Shown: positions 25,864-39,922, counted from the first letter of the stretch. The stretch: 64,000 nt of DNA from Ascidiella aspersa (GCA_963924565.1 OZ004615.1:16492001-16556000), one strand, 5' to 3'. Made by a program: numbers and translations. Notes: a model not told the origin generated them from the sequence alone.

Positions 25864-28800
25864 TTAGTCATAAGAAAAACGTATATTTGTTCCTTGAAGT
25901 TTGGATTGAAAAATTTCGTCAATTTCTTTGGATTGTTCACTGCTAAAATAATTCTTCCAATCGCCGACTTTTCCTATATAAAAGAATTATAAGGTGTTTA
26001 ATTTTGTTTTACCTTTTATCGGCAAAGGACAACGTTAAACTATTGTAAAATATTTAAAAAAATTTTAGTCATGCAACTCCTAAACTTGTGCGCACTGATT
26101 ACTCTCATTAAAGATCGTTCCTTCGAGTAAAAAACATAAAGATCTCATAAAGCTACTGGTTAAAAATTATTTTAATATTTTAAGTTCATTTAAAGGACGG
26201 ATTTTTTGTGTAGTTGTAACACTTATAATAATTCTTTAACCATTTTATAACATAAAACCACCATGGTTAGAATATTTGAAAATTCTTTTAGCGAAAAGTA
26301 TTTCTTTAACGCGGAGAAGAGAACGCATTCGCGGTATAAATTTTAGCAGCAATAAAGGTTATTAAAATGAAGTCGGAAGGTTTCACATAACCCAAGATAA
26401 CACAACAATTAGTACATAGCCCGAACAATAGCAAAATATTTAATGACAGAAATTGTTTTATCGGCAATATTTTTTTTATCGGCAAATATTTTTTTAACTA
26501 TGATCTATAGAATAATTTAGAGTTGGCCTTACTACTTTAAGTTGTCGACTTAATTTGTTTAATATGTAACTGTATAACGCACTTCTATCGCTTTCCTTGT
26601 TTAAAAATAAGACACGTTTTTTTAGATTACAAAATAGATAGGGTTATTGTTTTGTAGCACAAGCAACACGCACCTTTCCTTAAGATGACAGAGTGAGCTT
26701 GGTGAAGCTGTCCGTCGCTTGTAGCTTTGACATCACTCTTCATCGTTTCGATCGAGCAACTTTCTCCTATCGACTTTGCCGCTTCGGGCGCAAGTTCAAC
26801 TTCAAGGAACGCGGCCAATTTTTTGATTTCACTCGCAAGGTCCTTTAAAGAATTGTTTTAATTGATGTTAGTCGAAAAGATAACTACCAATTATGCGTTC
26901 ATAAGTGATTAGAACCAACGTATAACTCAGGAAGTGTACTGGGGCTTATAGTGGAAAGACAATAAAATCAGTCGAAGATATGAAAAAAGTATTTCTCTGG
27001 ATCGCTTTATACTATAAGAAAATATTTAGTTGTACATTCTTTCTATACAATAGGATAAGACTATAATAAAATAAATCGTTTAATTAAAAGTAACTTATAA
27101 CGTAACATTTTCTAAGCTTAAAATTCGCCACGTCGCTTTGCGATGACATAGTAGGCTATAGTTTACAACAGTGTTTCTTAACCTTTTTTACTTGGGGGCG
27201 CACTTAGACACGCATGAAGCACCTTGCGAGCGGAGCGAGCGGGAAATTTTTTAGGTGTACCGGTATTTCTCTTAAATTGCCTGCATTTTTGTTAAGGGAC
27301 TTCAGCCTTTAAGATTAAAAACGTTATTTTGTCATTTAAGTCTTATTCCGATTAATTTTAATCTTATTTCGACATGTTTAGGTCTTATCTGGACTATTTT
27401 AGATCTTATTATGTCGTGGTTATTATTGCGAATTAGGCGTTGTTATGTCGGTTATTTTTTTTCCTTTTGCTCGCGGCGCACCTGGTAGCCTTCCATGGCG
27501 CACCAGTGCGCCGCGGCGCACCGGTTGAGAAACGCTGGTGTACAACTTGTAAAACAATATTTAGTGCAAGCTTATATGTGATATGCGTCTAATGAAATTT
27601 TATACACCTAAAAATAAGCACAACTCTTAGAAATAAGAAAAAGTGGTACTCTGAGAATATACCTTTTGTAAATCTTCATAGTAGAGAAAGTAAACAAATT
27701 TGTTTTCGCGCAACTTATACCAGGACAGAATATGATCGGGATACCAATCGCCCGGCTTGAGATGCCACGAAAATCTTCCTGCAAAGCAATATATTTGATA
27801 CTCATACGAATCATCTATTCTATCGCAACTTCTTAAAATCGTAAAAAATTTTTGACTGTCATAACAAACAAAATCTAAACGTTTTCTATCTACAAAAGCT
27901 TGTTTATATAGCACAAGGTAAAATCTACAAATCTAAAGACGATCAACTGAGGAAAGGCGTTATATGATGTACAAGCTACAAGTTGTGATTTAATTTTTTT
28001 CATAGCACGCTAAAATAGTTATTTTTAGTTTAGATTTTAACACTTTTTATTCCAAGCAACAACAAGCTATATATGTCAGTAAATGGTATATTATATAAAA
28101 AGAACACAGCTCTCCTTGGTTTTTCATTATTAATATGCCTTGTAACAACAGTTTATTTATAAGCAGTTTTGTTTAGTCTGCTGTCCGATCTGGGAATATT
28201 CAGGGACGCCGGAGCGATTTCAGGGCAAGGGGAGCAACTTTTTTGGTAAGGGCAACATAGACCGCAGGCGAGCGTAGCGAGCCGAAATTGGGGGTCCGGG
28301 GGTACCCCCCCTGAAAAATTTTTGCGGCCACGCCCTCTAGATTGACTTAAAATGGTACCAAAAATGTTTTAACAAATGTCAACCATGTCATTTTACGATT
28401 TTTTTTGCATTTTTCCGTAGCTCAAGCCCTACTCCTGTCGGCCCTGTGGACTAGTAAAAGTTACTTGAATTTTCTAATTTTTCTATTTTTAAGTTAAACA
28501 GGAGAGCAGGCGAATCCATTGTAATTTACCCTAAATTATACTGGTATTGCGGTTTCTTATGCATACAAAAAACGTTTATTAAAAATTGTACACTTTTTCA
28601 CCAGCACTCTCCCTGGTCCATTTGTTTTTTTCTGAGTTATAAAACTATATAGGACAAAATTGAGCAATCAAATAAAAAGTTTAAACTAGGGTCTTCTATA
28701 TATCTTTTGTTTGGCTACTAGAATATTTAACGTTGTGAAAGCAGTATATCATTTTTCATGAAAAGGGCAATTTTCCCCCCTTGCCCCTCTTAGCAAAGGG

Positions 28801-31800
28801 CAGGAGGGGCGCTTGCTCCCCCGCGCCCCCCCTCTCCGGCGTCCATGGGAATATTTTATGATCAACAACACAAATTGTCATTCGCAGCAAACAAAATACA
28901 AAATTGGATCAAAAAGGAAATTACTAAATTAATTTTTATTGCCTTACAGCTTCTTGTCTTACATTAACATGTTTAAAATTATGACATAAAAAATTGTTAG
29001 GCATATCATCAGCGATAAAGTGCGTAAATGTTTTTCACCGTTTAAATAATTTTCGACAAAGTTATCCCATCCGTTGTAAAGCATTTGCTTAACCGGCTCA
29101 TTGTGAGATTTGGGAAGCTTTTGGTAAAAGTGGTACCACGAAACCATCTGGTCCTTTGGGTTACGAAGAACGTATATCACCTGTAATACATAATTGCAAT
29201 CGACTGTACGCGTAATTGCAAAAAAGGAGTTTTAATAAAATAATTCTTTCTATAGGAGTTACGTTTCTGATTCCCATAACATTATTTTTTAGTAAAATAC
29301 GGCTATACAACTTTTCAAACTTTACCATGGACAATTTCAGTATCAACGATAAAATCAGTGATAACCTAAAATCGTAAACCTTAAGAATATGAAATAATAA
29401 AAAAAAGTTTTCCTACGCAATAGTCATTTGTTTGAGTTTTTCAATTTTTAAGTCGTTTTATTTGTGGAGAAGTCATTTCAAAAAGACGTGTTTATTATTA
29501 CACTGATATTTAGACGGGAACCATAAGACCTATGAAAACCAACAATACCAAGGAGAAAAATCTATAATACCACAGCATTAAAACCAATGACATAATAAAG
29601 CCTAATACTCAGTAATATATAAGACAGAATACAACTTAGCCTAATCGTCTGAAAATATCATGAGAGAATTTTTCCATATGCCACCACACGGCGATTTGAA
29701 CTAACTAGTGGGATTCTGTCTAACCAGAATCACTTTTATTGTCTTTACCTGCTATTTGGTACAAAATTTACCCGTTTCCAAACGCCATAGTCTTGTTGAT
29801 ATTCGTCATTTAGCGTTTTACGCCTCGCAGTTAGATAATATTACCTCATTCACGACTTACGTAATATTTGGCGATCAATTTAAGACATCTATTTGTTCTA
29901 CTGTACTACTTAAAATGCTTTTATTATGGTCTTTGCCTGCTAAGGTAAAAAAAGTCCTTACGTGTAGGCCTACTGTGAAGTTAGATAAACGAAAATTTAG
30001 AGTGGCAGCCCTGTTTTTGCGACACTTGATAAAACTCAAAGTAACACCATTTGTGTACAATTAAATTCTCTGCAACAATATTACCTTAGGTAAAATAATT
30101 CTAGAAAAAAGAGATAAGATTTAAATATAGATGAAAATATAGCCTATTGTTATAATATAGCATCTCTTCTCTATATTACGATTACTTTAGTTACTTAACA
30201 AAAGTGAAGTAAATCGGTAATTTCTAATTATTGTTTCGTTAAAGCGACTTTCCGAGTTTACGACATCAATATTTCTACGTCGGAACCACACTTAACAGGT
30301 AATAAAGTGGTTTTTACCTTTGCATTGACAAAACGTTGTTTAAAAGTTCTGAACACAAACTATTTATTTCTGAACCTTTTTAACGTTTTACGTAAAACGA
30401 CTACAAAACGTTATTTTAGAAAATTAATTATAAAAAGACGTTTGCAGTGTTTATTTTAAAACGTTTAAGAAACGTTTCGGAGCCAAACTTTTATAACCAA
30501 GTAAAGCCCATAATTATCAACACACCAATAAAATCGCAGAGGTGTGTTTTCAGCAATATTGTCATGTAGTACAATTAACTGATTAAAACTTTACCTAAAT
30601 GTTTAGTACAAACTCAATTGTCTTTTTTAAAACTGGGAAAATCGGTCTAGGTAAGTTGTGTCAAACATGCATCCTGCCGTCTTTATGTTGCGGCTTTGTT
30701 ACCCTTTACACACACGCGAAATATTTTCATTTTTTTGCACTTGAGACGCGGTGTTTTTTGCACCTGAGGCCCCTTTACAAATTAAAAAAAACGTATTAAC
30801 TGGTTGGATTTCCTGATTTACAATACAATTTTCTGGTTTAAAAAAAAATATTATTCTTCAATGCAAGCTTTTACGTGATGATTTAAACGAAATTCGTGAT
30901 TTAAAACCGGTGACCTTGCGATCCCTATAGGTTAGGAACCACTGGTTTACAACAAACAACATTTACCTTGGCACCGACTTTCTGCATTTGCTGGTGGTTG
31001 ACGAGATCACTTGGCAAATGAGTGAAAAACAGCCGTCGTCCCCTCATCTTGTCAATTGTAGCGAACTTTTCAGCTAAAATTTACATGCATTTTTGTAATT
31101 TTATGGGTTTCAGGTGACAATTAAATATATCGAATAGTTTTAAAACTCGAAGCTTATTTGAAATTATTATGATTTTCACACTGCCTATTTCGTCAAATTA
31201 TTATTTTAAGGCTACTTAATTGCATGCAGGCGAACATGTTGGGCAACTATAGGTGTTTAACCCAAGTTCATGATAAAAGCGATCCATCTATATTTAAAAA
31301 ACACCAAAAATATGAAAAGCATTTCAGACGTTTAACAGTTAAATATAACCCGCTAAAACAAGGTTTTGCGTTTTAGTTTTGTATTTTACTGCTGGATGTA
31401 ACAACGTGCACATCCAGCTGTAGTTAAGACAATGCATTGTATTTTGTTTCTTCACTTTACGTACCGGTATTGTTAAACTTCGCAGCACATCAACCTTTTG
31501 ACCGAGAAGCTTGTTAAAAAGTTTAGCGGGATACTAGTTGTTTTTTGTGGTGCAGTGAGATTTATACATTTTCGAAAAAAGTTAAGCCAAAAACATATAA
31601 GGTGACAGTCAATGTCAAGTTGATTTAGAAAGACTGACTCAATGAAAATGTAGCAAAATATTATGTATATTATACTACTTGGGTTTGGTACTCACGATTT
31701 CCTGTTTCGAGGAATTGCATCGCTAAGGGAAGCTTCTTCAAGTTGTAGAAGGTTTTCGTGTCTCGAAACAGAACATGTCGAACAATTTCCACCGTCCAAT

Positions 31801-32924
31801 TTGTACCTTGATTGACGTTAAAACACTTAAAATAGTTAAAATTTAATGGAATAACCTGGTTTCCTTCGAAATCTTATTGAAATCAGACAACCAACTAAGT
31901 TTTTTTTTTTATATATTCTACTTTAAGCGTGCCCTGTTTCCTTAAAAATCCTTAAAAGGCAGATACTTCGGAAAACCTTTTATCCCGGTATTGTATTTTT
32001 AGCAACGTATATGAGATACCCAGCGCCAAATTTGTTGATAACTTGTAAGCTGCTTTTCGCCAGTTGTTTTGTAGTTGAATAAACAAATATATAAAGTATT
32101 CGACCAGTCGGAGACCAAGGGCCACACCTTTGCTCAGCAAGATTTTAATGCGCAAACTAAATTTAGCGAATTTTTATTCACACAGCCGCATTTTACAGAA
32201 AACATATTTTAAATTTTTACAGAAATACCTCTAAAACTATAAGGAGAAGCTATGGACCCCATTATTTTGTTTCAGGCGGAACAAGAACAGCACTAAAAGC
32301 AAATAACTCAAAAAATTTGGACACTGCTTTGCAAAAAAGTCGGCGTGAGCTTAGCTCACACTTCAACTGTGTATTTAAACGATCCAAATTGAAGGTGTGT
32401 TGGGGAAAGCACAACTATACGATACGGCCACCGTGATGTACGCCATCACCTGCCATTTGGATATCTAAAGCCATGCGTTGCATAGCTTTGGGAAATGGCA
32501 TAGAATTATACCGAATAGTAAATATAAAAACATACTTGCTCACATCGATGCAGATTTTAGACCTCGATATGGGTCAAAAGAGAATTTAACAGCGATGTTT
32601 TTTCCTAGACGTGAAAAGCCGTGTCTGGTCAGCGGTAAATGTATAAGGTTACCACAGGTTAAACCACTGTACTATGGATAGAAACTCACCGGTTTTGGGG
32701 AAGGATGCAATAATTACATCGCCTCTTCTTGCCTGCCAGTTTGTAAGAAGGTATTCGATTGCCGAAATCGAAAAATTCGGGATTATTCGATACCCTTTGT
32801 ATTCCTGTACCATCACTACGTCTTTGGAAAAGGCATCGAAGGAGTTTTGTATTTCTTTTAACTCGCGAGTTAGATCTTCATGGCTGGTTTTAGTGACGTC
32901 AAAGAGCGCAAAAACGTCACCCAT
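25864..32924 (-). CDS. Cytosolic sulfotransferase (SULT family), 7 exons, 329 aa
   Basis: Exons 32924-32690, 31806-31696, 31073-30967, 29180-29039, 27778-27663, 26842-26674 and 25973-25864 total 990 nt in frame. 5'-PSB loop ASFPKTGTNW; catalytic FTHLP; 3'-PB RNPKDQMVS; YYEDL; RKGKVGDWKNYF. Confidence 0.95.
27169..27537. mobile_element. hAT-type MITE (counterpart of 12970-13329)
   Basis: Same TIRs; flanks GTTTACAA / GTGTACAA. Confidence 0.88.
28201..28847. mobile_element. hAT-type MITE in SULT intron 4
   Basis: TIRs CAGGGACGCCGGAG...CTCCGGCGTCCATG; perfect 8-bp TSD GGAATATT (28193-28200, 28848-28855); GC-rich sub-termini. Confidence 0.92.
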
Positions 32925-33278
32925 AGCGCACTCGAAAACAACTTAAGCTAATATATGAACCGAAAGTATGTTTATCATTTCATTGTATTAAATAATACCT
33001 TCAAGGCAAAGTTAAGTTTAAAAAAAAACTTTTCATTTTAACGGTAACATAGAATACAGTACCAAATCATTCAACTAAAGATCGAATTATATAACGCGTA
33101 AGCCGTTATCGTTGGACAAAAAGCGACTCCAGAAGGGCTAAAGATCATAGTTGTTCTACATATGTGTGTGTATCTTTTATTGAATGATATGCTACAAGAA
33201 ATTCCCTTCAATGTGAAGTTGCTTGTACTAACAGAATGTAGCAAGCATTCAAGGTTGTTTCTCGACTTACACCTCTGA

Positions 33279-33515
33279 GTCGATTTAACTCAGTTCGTAG
33301 AGCGACGGTCCCAGTATGGCCCTAGGTCGTGAGTTCAAATCTTATTGCAAGCTAGTTATTATTCTAGCCTGCCTTGCTTGCATCAATGATCGAAAAATTA
33401 AAAAAAAACTAAAAAAAACGAACGATAAATTCGGTTAGTCTGCCATGCTGGTTTCCGGTGTATGATACGTAAGCCGTAATAGTTGAATCAAAAAGAGACT
33501 TCATGACCGCTAGAT
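33279..33515 (+). mobile_element. tRNA-derived SINE-like element
   Basis: A-box-like TAACTCAGTTCGTAGAGC and B-box GAGTTCAAATC at tRNA spacing, no intact cloverleaf, followed by a non-tRNA body. The 3' end is approximate. Confidence 0.55.
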
Positions 33516-33559
33516 CACAGCTGTAGTACAATGTTACAAAATAACGCTAAAACTGGTGT

Positions 33560-33905
33560 AGAGGGAAGATTATTATGTTAGATGTTCGGAGGACACCTGT
33601 CTTGCGTCTTAACTGCTTTGGTGTCGACGTTTTGACACACGATATAGTTTGAACGGCGCCGTTGTTTTGGCATCGGATTGTTTGGCCCTGTTAGGGTTAT
33701 GGACGGCGTTATAATTTGGGTTAGAGCATTAGTCTTGTTACTGATACAGTTATGAGTGGGGTTAGGGGTTTGGTTAAGTTTGGGTCCCATTTTGACGGGT
33801 TTGGTCTATTTCTGATTTATACGTTATTACGACTATTTAATTATATTAGTCCTATAAGTTCTTATTCCGACGTTGATGTTGTTCTAATTTTGGTCTTATG
33901 GCTTA
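33560..33905. repeat. Dispersed repeat with GGGTTA-like motifs and CTTATT arrays
   Basis: Shares GGGTTAGGGG.., CTTATTCCGACGTTGAT and TTTTGGTCTTATG blocks with ~59050-59130, ~59590-59710, ~61730-62040 and ~63530-63650. Confidence 0.6.
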
Positions 33906-35986
33906 AGTATATTTAACACTGCCATTCAATTTCCTTGCCATCTTAGTCACATTTCTTGATACATAACTCGAGTGCTAATCTTACGTATGAAAATTTTATG
34001 GATCTTTTCTGTGCGAAACACAACTAAACCAAATACGCATCGTGCTGTAACCCCAGATCTATTTTTTAAACACTATATTTTAAATGACAGTAGTCAAAAT
34101 CTGACATACGTCTCTGGTAAGCGCACCGTTCGAAATACTGTTTTAACAATTGTCGTAGGCTACCTGATATGTTGCCTTCAATCATTCCTAAGTCCTCGAA
34201 AACTTTAGGCATATTTCCGCCGAAGCGTTGTATATTTCTGGAGTTGGTTAATAAGTTGCGAAATTGGTGACAGTGCTGACAGCTATTTGATACTACCATT
34301 TATTCACTAGTTTTTCCACCGCACATGTTTCGTCATTAGGCTTGTTTACATGGTAAATTTGGCCGCACGGCGTTCGCTTGTGTGTCGAAGAGTAGGAGCA
34401 TTTAATAGAAGGAAACGGATGATTTGAGTACTTCCTGAATAGAATATCTGCTTTACTAAGGTCTGTGCTAAAACAGTGAGTAAATCTAAAACAGTGAGTA
34501 GAAATTCTGCAATATCATTTAGCTTCACGTTTACTAGATTGCAACACCACTAATAAATAATTCGTTACATGCGATTTTGTGCGTTGTCAACAGCTGTAAA
34601 ACCAAACAAATAACAACTTCAGTAAAACTTTTATTCCTTGGCAGTTTCCACAGTAATTAAACAAAACAGCGAGACACGCCTAAAATAGCAGTAAAGGCAA
34701 ACAAAACCACACTTGTCTAAGTATTTGACAAATCATTATACAGAAAAAGGCAAAATTACTTCGTTAAAAAATATGAGTAAAACATGCGTATGACGTTCGT
34801 TTTTTTAGGAACTTATTCTCGTGGAAAGTCATGCCGCTTCGTACAAGGTAAGTTTCTATTTATAAAACGTAAATCAACATAACTGATGAAAATCTTACCA
34901 AAATTTCACCGGAGACAAAATTTAGGCCCGGCATTATATGGATAAGAAATCTATTTTACATAGTGTCGTGCCAAATGCGATGAATACTCGTTGTAACCTC
35001 ATCGCCCCAAACTCACTTAGCAAATAGGTACACTGGTACAGTCGCGCACATATACGCACACAATGAACATTGCACAGATTCGGAGATGTTGCAAAGTCGT
35101 CTAATAATCTCATTTGGCAACGCGTGAAAACAGCTCTGGATTATAAATATCGACTTTTTACATACAGGACCCACGAGCAGAATGCGCTTCCATAGGGAAC
35201 ATTGGTTTACGCCAATAAATCTTGAAAAGTTATGACTCTAAACCAACTTGAAAACTTCCCCTCGTGGGTCTGGTCACAGGAAAGGAAAAACAAACAAATG
35301 GCAAATAAAAGCATCTACAATGTGGCGAACATGGTGGAATTGAAGATAAGGTAAAAGAAATACATAAAGTTTGCCTAGCCTCGGCTTGGGTGACTATATT
35401 ATTTATATGCAACGCTTTCCCAAATTGCCAGATCTAAGGATCTGTTACATCTATCAATGTTATGCTATCGATTTGCAAATAGTACCACTCTGAGTTTCAT
35501 ATTTTTCTTACAAGCGTAGATGCAGAACTGTTTTGCTTTAACAGAAAGGTGCGGAATCATCTTAATTACTTAAACAGGGCCGCAGATTGGTTAGGAAACT
35601 CCGAACTACAGTAGATAACAAACCAGGATTTACTTAATAGTACCGGTAACAAAAAACGTCTTATAATATACGAAAATGATGTTGTGGAGAGAAAGGTGCA
35701 GTGAAGTAAAGAGAGACAGTTTTCGAGGACCCCTTAAAAACATTCCGTGTCTGGTTAAAAACGCTGGATTTTAAAACAGCGTAGGAACTAGTGTAACAAA
35801 GCTAACGACGCGCATTTTGCGAGGTTTTTATATACAACACAAACCAAGAACAAAAATCGGTGACCTAGTTTACCCAGGCACGCGATGACCTTTTTTTCAC
35901 CAGATAGTTTTATTTTACAAAGAAAAATAGAAAAACGAACTATTTTTACTATCTTTATTTTTTAAATAAAAGCACTAGTTCATTTT

Positions 35987-36242
35987 TTAAAGCTCGTCGC
36001 GTTTAATTTGTTCTTTCTGTTGTTTCCTTTGCATCATCTTCTCTCTTAATTTCGCTATAGTGTTCATGCCATCGATTAACTGGATCAGGACACGTCGCTT
36101 GTTGGTTATCGATGATGTATCTTGGGACGATCTGTCTTTTTTCACTAACGGGGCGTCTTCGTTCTCCGGTTCCTTGTCAACCTGTGACAAATCGATACGC
36201 GATAATTGTCGGGAAAATCTCGCGATTCGTAAATCGTGTTTT
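35987..36242 (-). CDS. Terminal coding exon ending in ER-retrieval signal RDEL (parent gene uncertain)
   Basis: AG acceptor at 36243-36244. The open frame KHDLRIARFSRQLS...KEQIKRDEL* has protein-like composition, with AATAAA shortly downstream on the minus strand. Confidence 0.6.
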
Positions 36243-36891
36243 CTAATAGCAGTGGGAGTGTAAAAAAAATGGTAGTGTGGTTTCAGCAGCACGATTCTTT
36301 AATCTGACAAGAACCAGCGTTCCAAAACAACCAATTTACAAGCTTGGGTCGCAAACATGAAATAAAGCATTTGCCAAGGCTACGCTACAAAATCAGGACA
36401 AACATGTTCGTTTTATGAAGAATATTTCCCTTTTTTATGCAGAACAACAACCAAATTGACACAAACCAGAGGGGTATGGCCAGGCAATGACCAACAGTTT
36501 TATTGGAGGTTCTATAAGTTAGGTTATGAATCTAAAAGAGATGTAATTTTAGGCAGTCGTTTATGTATAAGTGCAATTATTCGCCAGTTTTTCTTTCAAA
36601 AATAATATGTAGGTTTCAATGCAGTGGATGGAACTTTTAACGCAATGGTCTTTAGTCAAACATAAATTGATGTTGTGCACAATCATAAAGTATGCTTTCA
36701 GGTGGGGCCCGTAAAAGTCGATGTAATATTTTGGTTCTCCGTTGTATAACTAAGAAATGAATAACGATTGATTAAAGGGTTGTAGTATTACAATGATCGC
36801 ATGTTATTAAGTTGTACGTTTTTGAAAAATGTTAGCTTTTCTTTTAAATAATATATACCAAACAAATCCCATTGTATGACCACGGTATAAC

Positions 36892-37698
36892 CAGGGCTGC
36901 GAAGTCGGTTAAAAATAACCAGAGTCCGACTCCCGCCAAATATGCGATTTCGTCCTGAGACCGGCTCAGACTGTACCCAATATTCCGCCAATTTACGTAA
37001 CTAAATAAGGTGGATATTCAGCAACCCCCTTTAGAGGTGTCATATAATTCATCCACTCACAATATATGGTTGGAAAGTATCCCCCATATGCTATTCCGCC
37101 TTTACAATTGACAGGCCATATCAGTTTCAAAATTCAATACTGCGCATGCGGACGTCGGACTTTGGTCTAGGATAGTGGTTCTCAACCGCCGGTCCGCCAA
37201 ATATATTACAATCTTAAATCTCAAGGACAAAATGCATGATGTCCATCAAATTTAGAACTTCGCCAGCTTCGTAATTTGCAACATTGTGACGTAACATAGA
37301 GTTAATGGTCTACTTTGGACTTTATCGTAAGACACAACGCAAGTGTTGTGTCCAACTGTTTAAAAGTAGGCTACAGATCGTTTAAGTCTTAAATTTTAGG
37401 ACCAGTTGTATGTGAAAAACTTTAATAGAACCACGTATAACACGTATGATATCAAAGAGACAGCAGCAAATTGCTCATTGAATTTAAGTTTCCATTCTTT
37501 GCTTTTAAGTTGGATACTTTTGTCATATTTGCATTTTGGGTTGATTTTGATCTTTGAAGGTCCACCGGTCCGCAAAATTTGTTTTGAAATTTTACCGGTC
37601 CGTAAGATAAAAAAGGTTGAGAACCACTGGTCTAGGGTACTTTTAAGTGATCTTACTCGAGTCCCAAGTCCCGAATCCGAATGCGCATAACCGCCCTA
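36892..37698. mobile_element. GAGTCC-family hAT MITE interrupted by a nested insertion
   Basis: Starts CAGGGCTGCGAAGTCGGTTAAAAATA as at 14102. Sequence either side of 37173-37629 rejoins into the 14295-14345 sequence. Confidence 0.8.
37173..37629. mobile_element. Nested Charlie-like hAT MITE
   Basis: TIRs (T/C)AGTGGTTCTCAACC...GGTTGAGAACCACTG; 8-bp TSD GTCTAGG(A/G). Confidence 0.9.
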
Positions 37699-39698
37699 GC
37701 AAAATATACAACAATCGGACACAACGTCTATTTTTTTACCTTCGCATTACAAAGGTAATGTTAATTTTCCTCGGAAGTCAATATTCTAAAAAAATGTAAT
37801 ACAAACGATTCTCATTCTATTAGCTCACCAAGACTATATTCTAACGGTTTTCCATCTTCAAGCCAGAATGAAACACAGAAAACACTATATCCATATACAG
37901 ACCCTATAGTGAATAACCCTGCGTATTGTTGCTTGAGCTACGCAAGATAATAAACCTAATATGCTACGAAAGACCATAAAAACGTAAAGAAATATGAATG
38001 TAATAGGCTTTTTTATGAATGCAAGACGTTGACAACTCTTTTGGTAAATTAATAACGATAAGTTCCTTTGCTATTTGCTTTCTTGGATATTCATTCATGC
38101 TTCTATTGTCGTTCTAGTTATGTTTTTTGGGATGTTGTATCGAACCTTGTTTGATGGTTGCAATTGAAAAAAAGGATGCGCAACACAGAACTAGAACAAA
38201 GTTTAACAACTTAAAGTGCAACGTTTAATATCCCTGTATGTATAGCAGGTCAGATGTTGTTAAACGTTAGTCCTGATAACCAGTAGCAATCACACTTTTG
38301 TTACAAAAAGTAATAAATTATTAGTTTTCTAAAATTAAAGTAAATCACCATACTCAGATCGCCCATAAACAGGGAGAGCAGAAAAAGGTCCATTTAAAAT
38401 AAAGCCTACAAAAGTTTATTATTTAAAAGAGCCTTGTTATAACCGCTAATCATTTGATAGGCTGGTATTAATATTCATTCAAAAATTCATAAATGAAGAA
38501 ACTTATCACTGCAAATCAATATCTGCTAAATGTTTAAGGATGATGAGCGGTGCCACATTCCTTCAATGACAAGGCAGTGTGTCTCAAGATATGAGTCGGC
38601 GACCCAATTTGATTCGCCATATTATTTGCTTTGGTCGCCGACTGCAGTTATTCACATGGTTATATTTTTCGAGATTAATTCTGAGTAAGAGTTCTCCAAA
38701 ATTTAAGAAAATTGCGAAAGCAACACGAAGACTGGGCTCATATTTAATAAATTTGCTTATATTATTGCTATTGTCTTCATTGTGTTTTGTTAATTTTAGG
38801 CTTATAAAAGTATAGTTTAGACTGTAGAGGATTGGGTCGCCAAAGCTTCGCTGTTATGCTTACGCTTGGTATTTGGGTCAACGCAAAAAAGGTTGAGAAA
38901 CAACGATTTAAGTGCACTCAAGTTCCTGTTTGAAATGACTTCTTTTGGGAAAAATTACTTAAATTGAACACAAGTCATTTACGCAAATGACTTAAATCGA
39001 GGTGCCTTCATCGAAAACAGTTGAGAAAATTAGTTTTAAACCAATTATATTAGTCTTAAACCAAATATAAAATTTATGAAAAGTTGTTACCTTCCCATGT
39101 GCTTCGGCTTTAAGTGTTTTTATGCGAAATTGTGCTTAGAATGTAACGTGTTCGACAATTTTACATGTTTAACATTAATTTTTAGTGCCAATGCCTTGCC
39201 CTCGATTTCTCGAGTCATTTTTAAAAGACTTCTTAGCGACACTGATGAGTAGTCCGAGTAGTGTTAATCAAAATCAGTAGTATTAAATTAATATCGCATG
39301 GATTGTTTAACAAAGGTGACTGTTTTAGGGGCAATATAACTAAAGTAACGTATTCAATTTGAGCCCAAAATATGTTCTACTTGTTATTTCAAACGTTGAA
39401 TTTTAAAGCGGCTTATTACTATTTTGTGTAAGCTATTTTACCAAACATAATTACATTGTTGTTATTTAAAGAGAACTATAAACAAGAAAAAAGCATAAAA
39501 CTGGAAATTGTAAAATAAAAGTTAATATTTTTGGAAGTCCTAACATAATTTTGTTTATCGCATAAAATATTTTTACTAAATTTAAAAAAAATACACTCTG
39601 AAGTGTACAGTGTGGATTGAGATCCGAATCCGGACGATATTTTAAAAGGGGGTTCGTCACTCGCTTTGACAGCTGGTAAATAATGAAAACCTGTATAC

Positions 39699-39922
39699 AG
39701 AAGCCTTTTTAATTTCAGAGCATGCAATCGATTCATCGAACGCACCAGATTAACCAGTTTAGTAAAAATAAACTCGATTCGTGACATCAGGCACGTAGAC
39801 GGGCAACAATATGCTTGGGAGGGCGTGCTGGGGTGTTTGGCAGTCAATATAGTTTCCTGGCTGGAAGTTAGTTGCTGGCAAATCGCGGATGTGTGCTGGC
39901 TTCGGCCTTTGCCTGTGGCCAT
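39699..39922 (-). CDS. Possible coding exon of an unidentified gene
   Basis: GC-richer open frame MATGKGRSQ...LKRLLYT with a possible GT donor. A phase-compatible mini-exon at 39134-39091 reads AQFRIKTLKAEAHGK. No recognisable domain. Confidence 0.3.

Larger units (their letters stand above)
13364..27571. repeat. Right (complete) copy of the tandem duplication unit, 14208 bp
   Basis: Begins in SLC22 intron sequence and ends in sulfotransferase intron 5. Its 14235-27571 part matches 1-13363. Confidence 0.93.

Noticed and set aside
33279-33350. Functional tRNA gene
   Set aside because: A and B boxes are present but the acceptor and anticodon stems do not pair; better explained as a SINE head.
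33690-33790. Interstitial telomere
   Set aside because: Only isolated degenerate TTAGGG-like units inside a dispersed repeat family, not a tandem array.
37740-37785. Selenocysteine TGA in a candidate mini-exon
   Set aside because: The exon itself is unproven, there is no redox-motif context, and I could not see a SECIS-like stem downstream of the RDEL stop.
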